IMG/VR virus record: IMGVR_UViG_3300032002_000001 | Strand: one strand, 5' to 3' | Origin: an uncultured virus (IMG/VR IMGVR_UViG_3300032002_000001) | Lineage: Duplodnaviria; Heunggongvirae; Uroviricota; Caudoviricetes | Length of the DNA stretch: 64,000 nucleotides | Part shown: positions 44,879 to 53,833 of the stretch, piece after piece | Numbering within the stretch: the first letter of the stretch is position 1 | Layout of the letters: the number at the start of each line of letters is the position of its first letter | The notes under the pieces: generated by a model | What the model saw: only the letters and a program-made list of their open reading frames with translations | What the model was told of the DNA's origin: nothing | Database searches by the model: none | Made by a program: the position numbers and the translations under genes

Positions 44879-45764
44879 CCCCACACCCGAGTGGGAAGAA
44901 ATCACCCCGAAGATGGCCGAGGCCTACCTTCGGAAGAACATCGTCAACCGGCCGGTCCGGGAGATGAAGGTCAAGCAGTACATGCGCGACATGTTGAACG
45001 AACGCTGGAACGAAGAGACCGGCGAGACGATCATCTTTGACGTGGAGGGGAACCTGGTCGACGGCCAGCACCGGCTCACGGCGGTCCTGAAGTCGGGCAA
45101 GACCCTGAAGTGGCTGGTGGTCCGGGGTGTGAACTCCAGAGCCCAGCGCACCATCAACACCGGTGCCCCTCGCACGGTGGGTGACCAGTTGCACATCGAG
45201 ATGGGTCACTCCAACGCCAGCCTGTTGGCAGCCATCGCCCGGAACGTCTACCGGATCGAGAACGACATGATGGCCGGTGGTACCACGATCTCCACCGAGG
45301 AGATCCTGGACACCATCGAGCGGCACCCCGAGCTGGCTCACAGCACGGAGATCGCGGCAGGCTCTCGTGGCGGGAAGTCCCTCACCCCCATCGCCCCGAA
45401 CGTGCTCGGCGCGGGTCACTGGATGATCCGCGAGGTGAACGGGCAGGGCGAGGCCGACATGTTCATCTGGCGGGTGATCAACCTCCAGCGTGAGCGTGAG
45501 GGTTCTCCGGTACTGGCGCTGGCGCGACGGTGCAACGAGATCAAGCGGCAGCAGCAGCGGGTTCCCCACCGCTGGTTCCTGTCCATGCTGATCAAGGCGT
45601 GGAACTACGACGTGGAGGGGAAGAGCGTCATGAAGATCTCGACCTACTCCAAGTCCGGGGTCTACATCCTGCCCGAGGTGCTGAAGCGCAAGGTCGGGGC
45701 CAGTCAGTCCCTGGACGACGCCCTGGAGGATGAGGGCGATGTCACTGCGGGTAAGGCCTCTTAG
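44871..45764 (+). CDS. ParB-like DGQHR-domain protein
   Basis: ITP..A...L..N..NR; DGQHRL.A; I..G..RT..D. Confidence 0.75.
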   Translation: MSDPTPEWEEITPKMAEAYLRKNIVNRPVREMKVKQYMRDMLNERWNEETGETIIFDVEGNLVDGQHRLTAVLKSGKTLKWLVVRGVNSRAQRTINTGAPRTVGDQLHIEMGHSNASLLAAIARNVYRIENDMMAGGTTISTEEILDTIERHPELAHSTEIAAGSRGGKSLTPIAPNVLGAGHWMIREVNGQGEADMFIWRVINLQREREGSPVLALARRCNEIKRQQQRVPHRWFLSMLIKAWNYDVEGKSVMKISTYSKSGVYILPEVLKRKVGASQSLDDALEDEGDVTAGKAS

Positions 45765-46042
45765 TGGGTCAGCACCCTGACTACGACGCGAGGATCCCCA
45801 GAATCGGCTGGCGGGTGCACTATGTCTCCCGTGGCTCTCTAGACGGGGAGTACAAACCTGAATGTCGGCCGGGGACCATCTTCCGCGTGTACAACGTGCT
45901 GGATGGTCCCCCGTACGACCTTGGCATCCTGGTGATCAACGAGGAGGGGATGCACTGGGCTCGGAACATCCCCTTCGATCCTGAGATGTCACCCGGTACC
46001 TGGCACTGGCCAGTGGACTATGGAGGTGACTGTGACGCGTAA
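45764..46042 (+). CDS. VHY...GTWH family protein
   Basis: PRIGWRVHYV...CRPG.I...GTWHWP. Confidence 0.65.
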   Translation: MGQHPDYDARIPRIGWRVHYVSRGSLDGEYKPECRPGTIFRVYNVLDGPPYDLGILVINEEGMHWARNIPFDPEMSPGTWHWPVDYGGDCDA

Positions 46043-46280
46043 GCCGCATCACGCAAAGCAGGTCAAGAAGCAGCCCCACCCGGTGGTTACCGAACTCCGG
46101 AGGATCCGGAGGGAGAGGGGCATCTCCCAACTGAAGATCGCTTCCATGTTGGGTATCGACCGTCAGAGGATCTACAAGTTGGAATTGGGGTGGACACATC
46201 ACCCTTCGATCACCCTCATCGCCCGATACGCAGAGATCCTGGGAGTGGAGATCACCGTCTCCACCCCTGGTGACACCTAG
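46032..46280 (+). CDS. XRE-family HTH regulator
   Basis: LRRIRRERGISQLKIASMLGIDRQRIYKLELG...PS. Confidence 0.8.
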   Translation: MTRKPHHAKQVKKQPHPVVTELRRIRRERGISQLKIASMLGIDRQRIYKLELGWTHHPSITLIARYAEILGVEITVSTPGDT

Positions 46281-46360
46281 ACCGGGAGGGCTCCCTGGCT
46301 TCAGACCCCCGATGGGTCACGTGCCGAGGACGGGGAGCCCTCTCTCTTCCTGAGGACGCC

Positions 46361-46702
46361 ATGCCTGAAAGCTTTGTTCTGTTCCAAAACATCTTCACTC
46401 CACTCGCATGGTTCTGCATCATGTACCGCTGGCTTCCCCACCGCGTGAAGAGTGAGATCTGGTGGTTAGTCACCAGATTTTTCTATCCGGGGTTCATTAC
46501 CTCCATGGTGATGAGCGCCATCCTTGAAGAGGGATTTGATGCCTGGGTCCCTCGAATCTGCCTGCCGATCTGGATCCTGTTATGGATCCAGGATTACAAG
46601 GACGACGACCACGATGACCGCTGGAAGAAGCGGAGAAAGAAGCTCCTGGCCAAAGTGAAGGTCCAAGGCCGGAGATTGGTAATCCAACCTGTCAAACCAT
46701 AG
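46361..46702 (+). CDS. Membrane protein
   Basis: Hydrophobic helices then DDDHDDRWKKRRKK. Confidence 0.6.
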   Translation: MPESFVLFQNIFTPLAWFCIMYRWLPHRVKSEIWWLVTRFFYPGFITSMVMSAILEEGFDAWVPRICLPIWILLWIQDYKDDDHDDRWKKRRKKLLAKVKVQGRRLVIQPVKP

Positions 46703-46714
46703 AAATGAGGAGTA

Positions 46715-46978
46715 ATGGCTAGTCAAAGCAGCAAGCCCCGGAAGCCCCGCGTCTCCGACCCGGTGCACTACGTGGGCAAGGTCAAGAACCGCTGCCTCCC
46801 TGGTGTCATCTACCAGGTCAACAAGAACACCGAGGAGGTCCAACGAGACGTGGAGGCGCAGGGCAACGTGCAGATCACCTTGCTTAGCGAGCGGTACGAG
46901 ATCTCCACCAACGTCGACCGTGGCACCGGTCAGGTCGGCACCTGGCACCACCCCGACGACTGCCCCGAGGAGGCCTGA
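46715..46978 (+). CDS. VHY...GTWH family protein, second copy
   Basis: PRVSDPVHYV...CLPGVI...GTWHHP. Confidence 0.65.
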   Translation: MASQSSKPRKPRVSDPVHYVGKVKNRCLPGVIYQVNKNTEEVQRDVEAQGNVQITLLSERYEISTNVDRGTGQVGTWHHPDDCPEEA

Positions 46979-47367
46979 TGGAGTGGCTGCTGCTGATCCT
47001 GGTTCCCCTCCTCGCCTACTTCGGAGGGTGGACCGGGGTCTACCACGCGGAGAAGTTCTTCGCCCGCCAGAAGGACAACAAGCTCTACGACACGGTGTTC
47101 ACCGGTCCCCCAGAGCCCATCGGAGATGAAGATCTATCGAAGAAGGATCGGGAGGAGCTGGCTACCCAGTACATGGACGCCTCGGCCGCAACCGACTGCG
47201 GGACTCCTGAGACCCGGGCTACTCCCTTCCGGAACTCCGGGAGAGGGCGCAAGGTCGAGAACGTCGGCTGGCCCGATGACATGGAGGAGACCAAACAGGA
47301 CATCGCTCCACTGGCTCCTACCCAGGAGATCAAGCCGCTCCCCGGCAGCCTCGGGGATGGGAGATGA
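46978..47367 (+). CDS. N-terminally anchored protein
   Basis: N-terminal TM helix. Confidence 0.55.
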   Translation: MEWLLLILVPLLAYFGGWTGVYHAEKFFARQKDNKLYDTVFTGPPEPIGDEDLSKKDREELATQYMDASAATDCGTPETRATPFRNSGRGRKVENVGWPDDMEETKQDIAPLAPTQEIKPLPGSLGDGR

Positions 47368-47726
47368 AGTCCGCCTACGACAGCACCATGCGCTGGTTCG
47401 GGAAGTCCTTCCACTCTCCGATGTACGAGGGAGTTCCTGAGGTCCCGACACCAGTCGGAGACACCTGCGTTGGGTGCGAGGAGAAGATCGTGGATGGTGA
47501 CATCGGGGTCACCATCCCTTGGCTTGGGCATGGACCTGACGGTCGCGCTTCGTATCACATCGAATGCCAAATCAGGTCCGTGATCGGTGATCTCGATCAC
47601 CAGGAGGGCAAGTGTGTCTGTCACGGCTACTACGGCCCGCCTACTGATCGAGGCATGACATCCCGCGAAGAAGCCCAGGAGGTCATCCGACGCTTCTGGG
47701 GTGACGACTGGAAAGAAAGGCCCTGA
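47364..47726 (+). CDS. Cys/His zinc-binding hypothetical protein
   Basis: CVGC, HIEC, H..G.C.C. Confidence 0.65.
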   Translation: MKSAYDSTMRWFGKSFHSPMYEGVPEVPTPVGDTCVGCEEKIVDGDIGVTIPWLGHGPDGRASYHIECQIRSVIGDLDHQEGKCVCHGYYGPPTDRGMTSREEAQEVIRRFWGDDWKERP

Positions 47727-48079
47727 TGTATACACCCGTCCAGGTCAACAAGGACAAGCTGCTCAAAAAGCTGAAGAAAAACCGGAAGAAGCACGTCGAG
47801 ATCTTCGAGCAGGCTCAGGAGGCCTATCGGAAGCAGATGATCGAAGAGCTGGACCGGGCGTTGAAGGACGCCAAGGCTGGCAAGAAGATCAAGCGAGCCT
47901 TCACCCTTCCGGTTCCGGAGAACCACGTCGAGGACTTCGACACGGTGATCCAGATGCTGGAGTGGCACCAGGACGACGAGATCGAGTTGCACCCGAGCGA
48001 CTTCCAGCAGTACGTCGAGAACAAATGGGGCTGGCAGAAGTCCTTCACCGCCAACACCGAGTCCTACGTCGCGCGGTAA
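47726..48079 (+). CDS. Conserved phage helical protein
   Basis: L..NR.KH...P..H..D....I.MLE...F..YV...W.W. Confidence 0.7.
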   Translation: MYTPVQVNKDKLLKKLKKNRKKHVEIFEQAQEAYRKQMIEELDRALKDAKAGKKIKRAFTLPVPENHVEDFDTVIQMLEWHQDDEIELHPSDFQQYVENKWGWQKSFTANTESYVAR

Positions 48080-48165
48080 TCCACAGTCGTCTCCCCGGGG
48101 GTACTGGTCGCCACTCGGCCCCCGGGGAGACCCCACAACTTCCCCCTAACCAACAGAGGAACAGC

Positions 48166-48414
48166 ATGAAGGTAACTGACGCAGTGTGGAGCACCGGCAT
48201 CGATGACGGTGAGTTTTCCGCACAAGTGATCCAGGACGGGGACCACACCGGTGTCTTCACTGTGGTGGTCAACGACACCGACGAAGAGCTGATCAACGAG
48301 AAGGTCACGCTCTCCTACGGCGCGATCTTCGGTCCCGACGTGGACGACGTGGAGGAGTGGAAGGCCCGCGCCCTCGACGCCATCGATGAGTACAAGGAGG
48401 CGGAAGGCAAATGA
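48166..48414 (+). CDS. Acidic hypothetical protein
   Basis: AGAGGAACAGC leader; GAIFGPDVDDV..W. Confidence 0.65.
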   Translation: MKVTDAVWSTGIDDGEFSAQVIQDGDHTGVFTVVVNDTDEELINEKVTLSYGAIFGPDVDDVEEWKARALDAIDEYKEAEGK

Positions 48415-48866
48415 CCGAGATCAACGTGCCCCTACTCCGTAAGGCCGTGGAGTGGGTGGAAGAGCAGGCGAAGAAGCCGGAGATCGATCGGGAGTGGGGC
48501 CAGCAGGCGTGGTACCGCAAGCCCTTCGCCTACGCCCGCTACCTGATGCAGGAGTTGACCGATAACTCCCGCCAGGAATTTCAGGCCAGAATCAGGCACT
48601 ACTCTCACCTCGCAGATCACTGTGGGACTACCTACTGTGTCGCGGGGTACATCGGTCAGCTGCTGGACGAGGAATACCAGAAGGGCGAGTACCACCCGGA
48701 CACCGACGTGCACGTCGCTCTGTTCGCGGCTCGGGAGCTCGGGCTGGTCGGTCCGGACGAGCGACTCTCCCTGCGGGAACTGGCCAACATCCCGCTGTTC
48801 AAGCAGGAAAACACCGCTGAAGATGTGCGCCGGGAAGCAGAGAAGCTGGCAGGGGGTCCGCTGTAG
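48411..48866 (+). CDS. Actinophage CGT..C.AG family protein
   Basis: NVPLLRK..EW, W.Q..W, CGTTYCVAG. Confidence 0.7.
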   Translation: MTEINVPLLRKAVEWVEEQAKKPEIDREWGQQAWYRKPFAYARYLMQELTDNSRQEFQARIRHYSHLADHCGTTYCVAGYIGQLLDEEYQKGEYHPDTDVHVALFAARELGLVGPDERLSLRELANIPLFKQENTAEDVRREAEKLAGGPL

Positions 48867-49201
48867 TGGGTGAGGCCCGGATCATCAAGCAACCACCCTG
48901 GGTCTCTGCTCTGGTGGATCAGCGGATGGCAGCCCTGAAGTCAGGTGACGTGACCAGCTCTGGTCTCTTCAACGAGAAGACCAAGGTGATCGTGGTACCC
49001 CTTCGGGACATGCCCGATGGCGCTGACCCGGAATACTGGGAACGCGTCTGCGACAAGTGCGACAAGTACTGCCCGCCCGTTCGGGATGGTGATGACTGGG
49101 TCGAAGATGCTTTCTTCTCCGGAATGGTAGAGGAGCGCGCCAACGGTCTTCGGATCATCCTGTTCTACGGAAGCTGTCCCGACTGCCTGGAGGCAACATG
49201 A
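48866..49201 (+). CDS. Zinc-binding hypothetical protein
   Basis: CDKC...CPDC. Confidence 0.6.
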   Translation: MGEARIIKQPPWVSALVDQRMAALKSGDVTSSGLFNEKTKVIVVPLRDMPDGADPEYWERVCDKCDKYCPPVRDGDDWVEDAFFSGMVEERANGLRIILFYGSCPDCLEAT

Positions 49202-49443
49202 AGTTCATCCCTGAAGCAGGCTCCTACGGGGTCCCCACCCTGGAGCTCACCCGAAGGAACCTGGAGGTCCTGCTGGAGAAACTGGACATGGAGAACTCCA
49301 GGCGCACCATCATCGACCCCGACCACAAGATCGCGGTCAAGGCGGTGGAGAACGAGGAGCACTACGGGCACCGCCGCCCCGGGATGATGATCCTGTCGAC
49401 CGGGGCAGACTTTGGTGATCCACCTCAGTCGGATCTGAACTGA
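49198..49443 (+). CDS. Conserved actinophage protein
   Basis: LELTRRNLEVLLEKLD...VENEEHY..R.PG. Confidence 0.65.
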   Translation: MKFIPEAGSYGVPTLELTRRNLEVLLEKLDMENSRRTIIDPDHKIAVKAVENEEHYGHRRPGMMILSTGADFGDPPQSDLN

Positions 49444-49574
49444 TGAGCGAGAACGACTGGAAAGGAGGTCTCGGTTGCATCTTCGTGGTGATCGCCTTCC
49501 TTCTCCTGATCGCGGGCCTGAGCGTGATCGATCCGTTGATCGAGTTCATCACCCGATGGCTAGAGGCCCACTGA
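49443..49574 (+). CDS. 43-aa membrane peptide
   Basis: Hand-translated MSENDWKGGLGCIFVVIAFLLLIAGLSV... Confidence 0.45.
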   Translation: MSENDWKGGLGCIFVVIAFLLLIAGLSVIDPLIEFITRWLEAH

Positions 49575-49775
49575 CTTCCCGGTGAGCTCATGGGGGAGCT
49601 GACCGTGGAGATCACCGTGAATAAGGGTTCGTAGTAGCCCGTGCAAACCAGGAACCCTGCGGGGACCCGTCTTTCCTCTTTTCTGAGGTTCCCAAGACAA
49701 AGGTCTGGGTGAGTTTGCTAGTAAAAACCCGTTGGTGGGTTCTCACTTGGATGCTTTCTGTTAGGCACGGCGATG

Positions 49776-49816
49776 GCCCCCCTCCTTCGGGAGGGGGGCT
49801 GTCGGGATCTTTTTTT
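49776..49816. terminator. Terminator at the convergence of the accessory and tail operons
   Basis: 10-bp GC stem with TTCG loop, T7 run downstream. Confidence 0.7.
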
Positions 49817-49849
49817 ATGCCCAAAATGTGACAGGAGTGACTGGTGGGA

Positions 49850-50215
49850 TTAGCCGATGGAGATGGCCAGATCCCCCTCGTGGATCACGAATCCCTTGCC
49901 GTTCAGGATCACCTGTTTCTCCGGGAGACGTCCGTAGCAGGCGATCTCCCCGTTGATCTTCTTGTCCCACACCCCGAAGTGGGTGAGCTGGGTCTGCTTC
50001 AGCCCGGAGAACCTGATGTCGGCCAGCAGCCAGATTGCCCTGTTGTCGGGCTGGGAGAAGACACCCTTCTGCCGGTTGTAGCCGCCACCGTCCAGCTCGC
50101 AGTAGCCCACCCCACCTAGGGAAGGGATGTCGTAGTGCAAGGAGACCCAGCCGTCATCCGCGATCTCCTGTAGCCACTTATGGACCTTGCGGTCAGAGAA
50201 ACTGCCTTCCATCAC
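49850..50215 (-). CDS. Minor tail protein
   Basis: WVSLH..P...EL.GGGY.RQ...THFGVWD...G. Confidence 0.7.
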   Translation of the reverse strand: MMEGSFSDRKVHKWLQEIADDGWVSLHYDIPSLGGVGYCELDGGGYNRQKGVFSQPDNRAIWLLADIRFSGLKQTQLTHFGVWDKKINGEIACYGRLPEKQVILNGKGFVIHEGDLAISIG

Positions 50216-52416
50216 TGCGTCCCTGGCTCTTGTCGGAAGAACCGGCCCATGAAGTACACCGGCTCGTCACCCTGCTCGTCACAGTAGATCATCACGAAGA
50301 GCATCCCGGCGTACTCCTCGGTCGCGTTGTTCTTCGGGCTCTGCATGTCCAGACGGTCTTCCCCGAAACTCCAGGTCCAGGCGCTGTCGTCCTGCAGCAG
50401 ACCAGTCCGTTGAGCACCACGGGAGAACCGGCCTGGTGAGTAACCAGCGGGCTCGAAGTAGTTCCCCCAGCCCACCTTCAACCCCGAACCCTCAGCCACT
50501 ACCTGAGACTGGTTCTGGATGGTGGTGCCGTCCTCCCGGACACTCTCCCAGGCGTCCTTGAAGAAGGGGTTGCTCTGCCCTGACTCGTAGCTGACGGTGA
50601 TGTCCTTAGGCCGGAGGAACTTCACGTCGGCCAGTGGACCAGTGAAGTCGAACTTCGGCATGTTCAGGGCGCTGACCCCGTCCCCGTCGTACACCGAGAC
50701 GTGGAACCGGACCGGGAGGACGTTGCCATCCTTGTCGTACGCCGCGATCTGGGAGAGCCGGATCGTGCCACCCTGACCCATCCGGATCGGAATGGAGAGA
50801 GCGTTCTGCCCTGCCCTGGGCATCCCCGTCCAGTTCCTGGTGGAGTCTTCGGTGTTGGTCGGGTTCAGCCGGATGTAGTAGGGCCGGTAGGCAGGGTTCC
50901 TCGGTGGGAACTTCTGAGTCCATTCCTCATAGGGAAACTTCGCGGTTGAGGGCAGCTTCTCGTTGAAGAACTCCCGAGATCCCAGCGGCACGCAGCCCGA
51001 GCCTTCCTTGTAGGACCACGGCAGCACCAGATCCTGCACGGTGTTGGAGTACTTCCCCACCTGCAGTGCCCGTAGCGGAGTCAGCGCGTCCTTGGTCCGC
51101 GCCTTCACCTCGTCCACCGTCAGTTGATCCCGGTACTTAGAGTCGAAGTTCAGGGTGGTGCTCAGACTGGTGAAGTCAGCCGAGGTGTCGGTGACGTGGA
51201 CCAGCACTCCCTCTGGGATCCCGAACAGATTCCGGATCCGGAGCGTGACACCCGCTCGGATCAACATTCGTGGGCACAGCGACCCGTCGATGTACCGGGG
51301 GTCAGTAGTCAGGGTGATCGAACCGGTGATCCCCGGCTCTGCGAACCGCTGGAGTTGTGCCTGAGCGATCTTCTTGGCGCTGAGTTCATCCACCCCGTCC
51401 TGGAACCGGACCATGGTCTCTTTGGGCTTAATGAACTGGTCATAGCGCGGGTTCTGCTTCCGGGGGTAGACCTTGGGTGAGTAGGCGAACGGTTCGTAGG
51501 TAGTGGTGGCCCCGTCAGGGGAGACCGTCATACCCGAGTAGGAGACACCTGCGTCGTCTACTCCCTGCCCGTAGATCACACTCGCGCGCTGGGTGTAGTC
51601 CCGAGATCCAGAGAAGGACACACCAGGAGCACCCAGGGTCACCTCGATGATCTCCGTCGAGTCGCTGTCCGGGATCTGCCTGACGTATAGCTCGGGGCGT
51701 CGATGCCCCCGATTCCGGATGCTCCACTGGGCTCCTCCTTCAGCGAACATATCCGTAAGCAACGACTGAACATGCCCAGTCAGCAACACCTCCCAGGTAC
51801 CCGTGGAGCGGGAGGCGAAGCCAGTCCAGAGCTGGCCGGTGGTCACCCCCCAGGGCTTCAGAAAGGTCAGGTATCGCTTGTCGGAGTACTCCGGGACCCT
51901 GGTATCCCACCAAGCTGGGAACAGCACCCGGAACTGCCCCAACCTGGTGGGATGTTCCCGCTGGTCGAAAGCACGAGAGATGAGAATCTCGTACGGGATC
52001 GGCCGCTTGGGGAATGATGGGATAGCGAGGTAGTCATCCAGGCCGTACAGAGCGCCCTTCAGGTCTAGGTTGAAGCTGGAGTTGGAGCCTTCCAGTGCGA
52101 AGTTGTAGGAGGCGATGTAGCCCTCCCAACGCCAGTCGTAGAGCACCGAGCCGGTGTTCTCCCAGATGATGTCGATATCGCAGTCTGGGACTAGCCAGTC
52201 CAGGTCTCCATCGCCCGGGGTGTCGAACACGGTGATCTGGTTCACCGTGAGCTGAGCGGTCTGGTCTGTGAACGGGTCAGAGGTAGCCACCGTGTTGACC
52301 ACCACCGGTGCACCTCGGAACAGGGTGATCTCCCGGCGCTTCCCACCCGGAGGTTGGGCGAACAACCGGAAGTAGCCGAGCTGGGTCTCTTCGTCAGGGA
52401 TTGCTGTGAGAGTCAT
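50212..52416 (-). CDS. Minor tail protein (baseplate hub/Tal-like)
   Basis: Large gene downstream of TMP; WEGYI, VIYGQG motifs. Confidence 0.7.
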   Translation of the reverse strand: MTLTAIPDEETQLGYFRLFAQPPGGKRREITLFRGAPVVVNTVATSDPFTDQTAQLTVNQITVFDTPGDGDLDWLVPDCDIDIIWENTGSVLYDWRWEGYIASYNFALEGSNSSFNLDLKGALYGLDDYLAIPSFPKRPIPYEILISRAFDQREHPTRLGQFRVLFPAWWDTRVPEYSDKRYLTFLKPWGVTTGQLWTGFASRSTGTWEVLLTGHVQSLLTDMFAEGGAQWSIRNRGHRRPELYVRQIPDSDSTEIIEVTLGAPGVSFSGSRDYTQRASVIYGQGVDDAGVSYSGMTVSPDGATTTYEPFAYSPKVYPRKQNPRYDQFIKPKETMVRFQDGVDELSAKKIAQAQLQRFAEPGITGSITLTTDPRYIDGSLCPRMLIRAGVTLRIRNLFGIPEGVLVHVTDTSADFTSLSTTLNFDSKYRDQLTVDEVKARTKDALTPLRALQVGKYSNTVQDLVLPWSYKEGSGCVPLGSREFFNEKLPSTAKFPYEEWTQKFPPRNPAYRPYYIRLNPTNTEDSTRNWTGMPRAGQNALSIPIRMGQGGTIRLSQIAAYDKDGNVLPVRFHVSVYDGDGVSALNMPKFDFTGPLADVKFLRPKDITVSYESGQSNPFFKDAWESVREDGTTIQNQSQVVAEGSGLKVGWGNYFEPAGYSPGRFSRGAQRTGLLQDDSAWTWSFGEDRLDMQSPKNNATEEYAGMLFVMIYCDEQGDEPVYFMGRFFRQEPGTQ

Positions 52417-53393
52417 CAGTCACCACCGTATGCCTGTGAGAGCAGGATGAACTCAGTAGCCACCTCCGAGGCCGAGAGCCGGTCAGCGTAGATCCCGAGG
52501 TCCAACAGAGCCATGTCAGCAGTATGGGTGAAGTCAGGAGCAGCCCCCAGGACCACCTGAGGATCCAGTGGGACGGGTTCTGTGAGCCCGGTGGGGACAC
52601 TCTTCACCCGGACTGTCTCCGGCCCCTCAGCGGCGTAGAACGTGACGTTGGGGCGGTCTAGGACGATGGCGAGGTACAACGGACGGTTCCGATCCAGGGC
52701 GGGGGCAATCGAGATCCCTCGGATCCTCCCTTGGGTCTCAGTCTCCACCCACAGGTACCGCCCCTGCATAGTGATGTCGATCCAGTACTCGCTGGCTGAG
52801 CCGTGCGTCCACAGCCCGTTGTAGAGCACCTCGTCGTTGTTCCCGTAGACCGAGTTCGGGGACATCACCATGATCACTGTGTAGCCGCTGGCTCCCCCGA
52901 TGGTGTTGGTGAAGTCCGCAGTCAGGTACTCCCCCGCGTCCGAGTCGAAGTTCAGAGCGGGGAGGTAGAACCGCTCCTCCTTGTTCCGGTACTCATACTC
53001 AGTGATCAGATCTGGCATGAACGAGGGGTTCAGGGTCCAGGAGGTCCGGATCTGAGAGTTCTGTACTGGACGCCACTGCAGGGCGGTCTCGTCATAGAAA
53101 CTGGCGTCAGCCACCCACCGGACCAGAGCACCAGTAGCGATGTTTGTCGGCGGCTCCCGGTCGGTGAGCACCTGCCCGCTGCAGGAGACCATGGACTTCG
53201 CGTGGATGTCGTAATCCGGGATGGAGACAGGCCAGCCAGACATCAGCCGGTACTCGTCCATGGTGAAGGACCGAGCGATCATCGGGTAGAGACCACCAGG
53301 TGCCTGCTCTGCCTGGGGAGCCTTCTGACGGATCTGACTCTTCATCTCCATGGTCAGCTCTACACCGGTGGGCTTGACGGCCTTGACCGTCAT
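52416..53393 (-). CDS. Minor tail protein (beta-sandwich/LamG-like)
   Basis: Position; IYADRLSASEV-type C-terminus. Confidence 0.6.
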   Translation of the reverse strand: MTVKAVKPTGVELTMEMKSQIRQKAPQAEQAPGGLYPMIARSFTMDEYRLMSGWPVSIPDYDIHAKSMVSCSGQVLTDREPPTNIATGALVRWVADASFYDETALQWRPVQNSQIRTSWTLNPSFMPDLITEYEYRNKEERFYLPALNFDSDAGEYLTADFTNTIGGASGYTVIMVMSPNSVYGNNDEVLYNGLWTHGSASEYWIDITMQGRYLWVETETQGRIRGISIAPALDRNRPLYLAIVLDRPNVTFYAAEGPETVRVKSVPTGLTEPVPLDPQVVLGAAPDFTHTADMALLDLGIYADRLSASEVATEFILLSQAYGGD

Positions 53394-53833
53394 CAGAACT
53401 CCTCAGGACTGTAGAACGGCCCAAGACTGATGGTCAGGTCACCAGAGAACAGAGTGGCGATATCCCCTGTGGAGATGGTGAAGGGGTCCATGTCCCCGAT
53501 GGCGTAGACGTATCCGTCTGCCTCCGCTGAGCACAGCGCCCAGTACCGGAGTTCTCCCCAGTCTTCGGTGGCGGTACCCCAGACCACATCAGGGACGTTG
53601 GAGATCACGTTCATCTGCCCGTTGCTCTCCCAGCCCGCCAGCGAAGAGGAGATCGGGGCTCGGGTGTAACTCTCTACCTGAGGTTCATCCAGCTCTGCTC
53701 CCGAGACGTAGGGGGTGGGGGCGACCTGGCTGATCAAAGCCACGTGCATCTCCGGAGGGGCTGCCGTGGACTTGGCGAAGAAGGACATCAGGAACTCGTT
53801 CGCCCCGTACAGGGTGATCCTGCCTACGCTCAT
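53393..53833 (-). CDS. Minor tail protein
   Basis: HVAL...P...E....Y.R...ATEDWG...WAL; paralogous to 49850-50215. Confidence 0.7.
   Translation of the reverse strand: MSVGRITLYGANEFLMSFFAKSTAAPPEMHVALISQVAPTPYVSGAELDEPQVESYTRAPISSSLAGWESNGQMNVISNVPDVVWGTATEDWGELRYWALCSAEADGYVYAIGDMDPFTISTGDIATLFSGDLTISLGPFYSPEEF

Noticed and set aside
49612..49824. 70-aa minus-strand ORF
   Set aside because: Runs through the terminator hairpin, lacks protein-like composition, and is better explained as structured non-coding sequence
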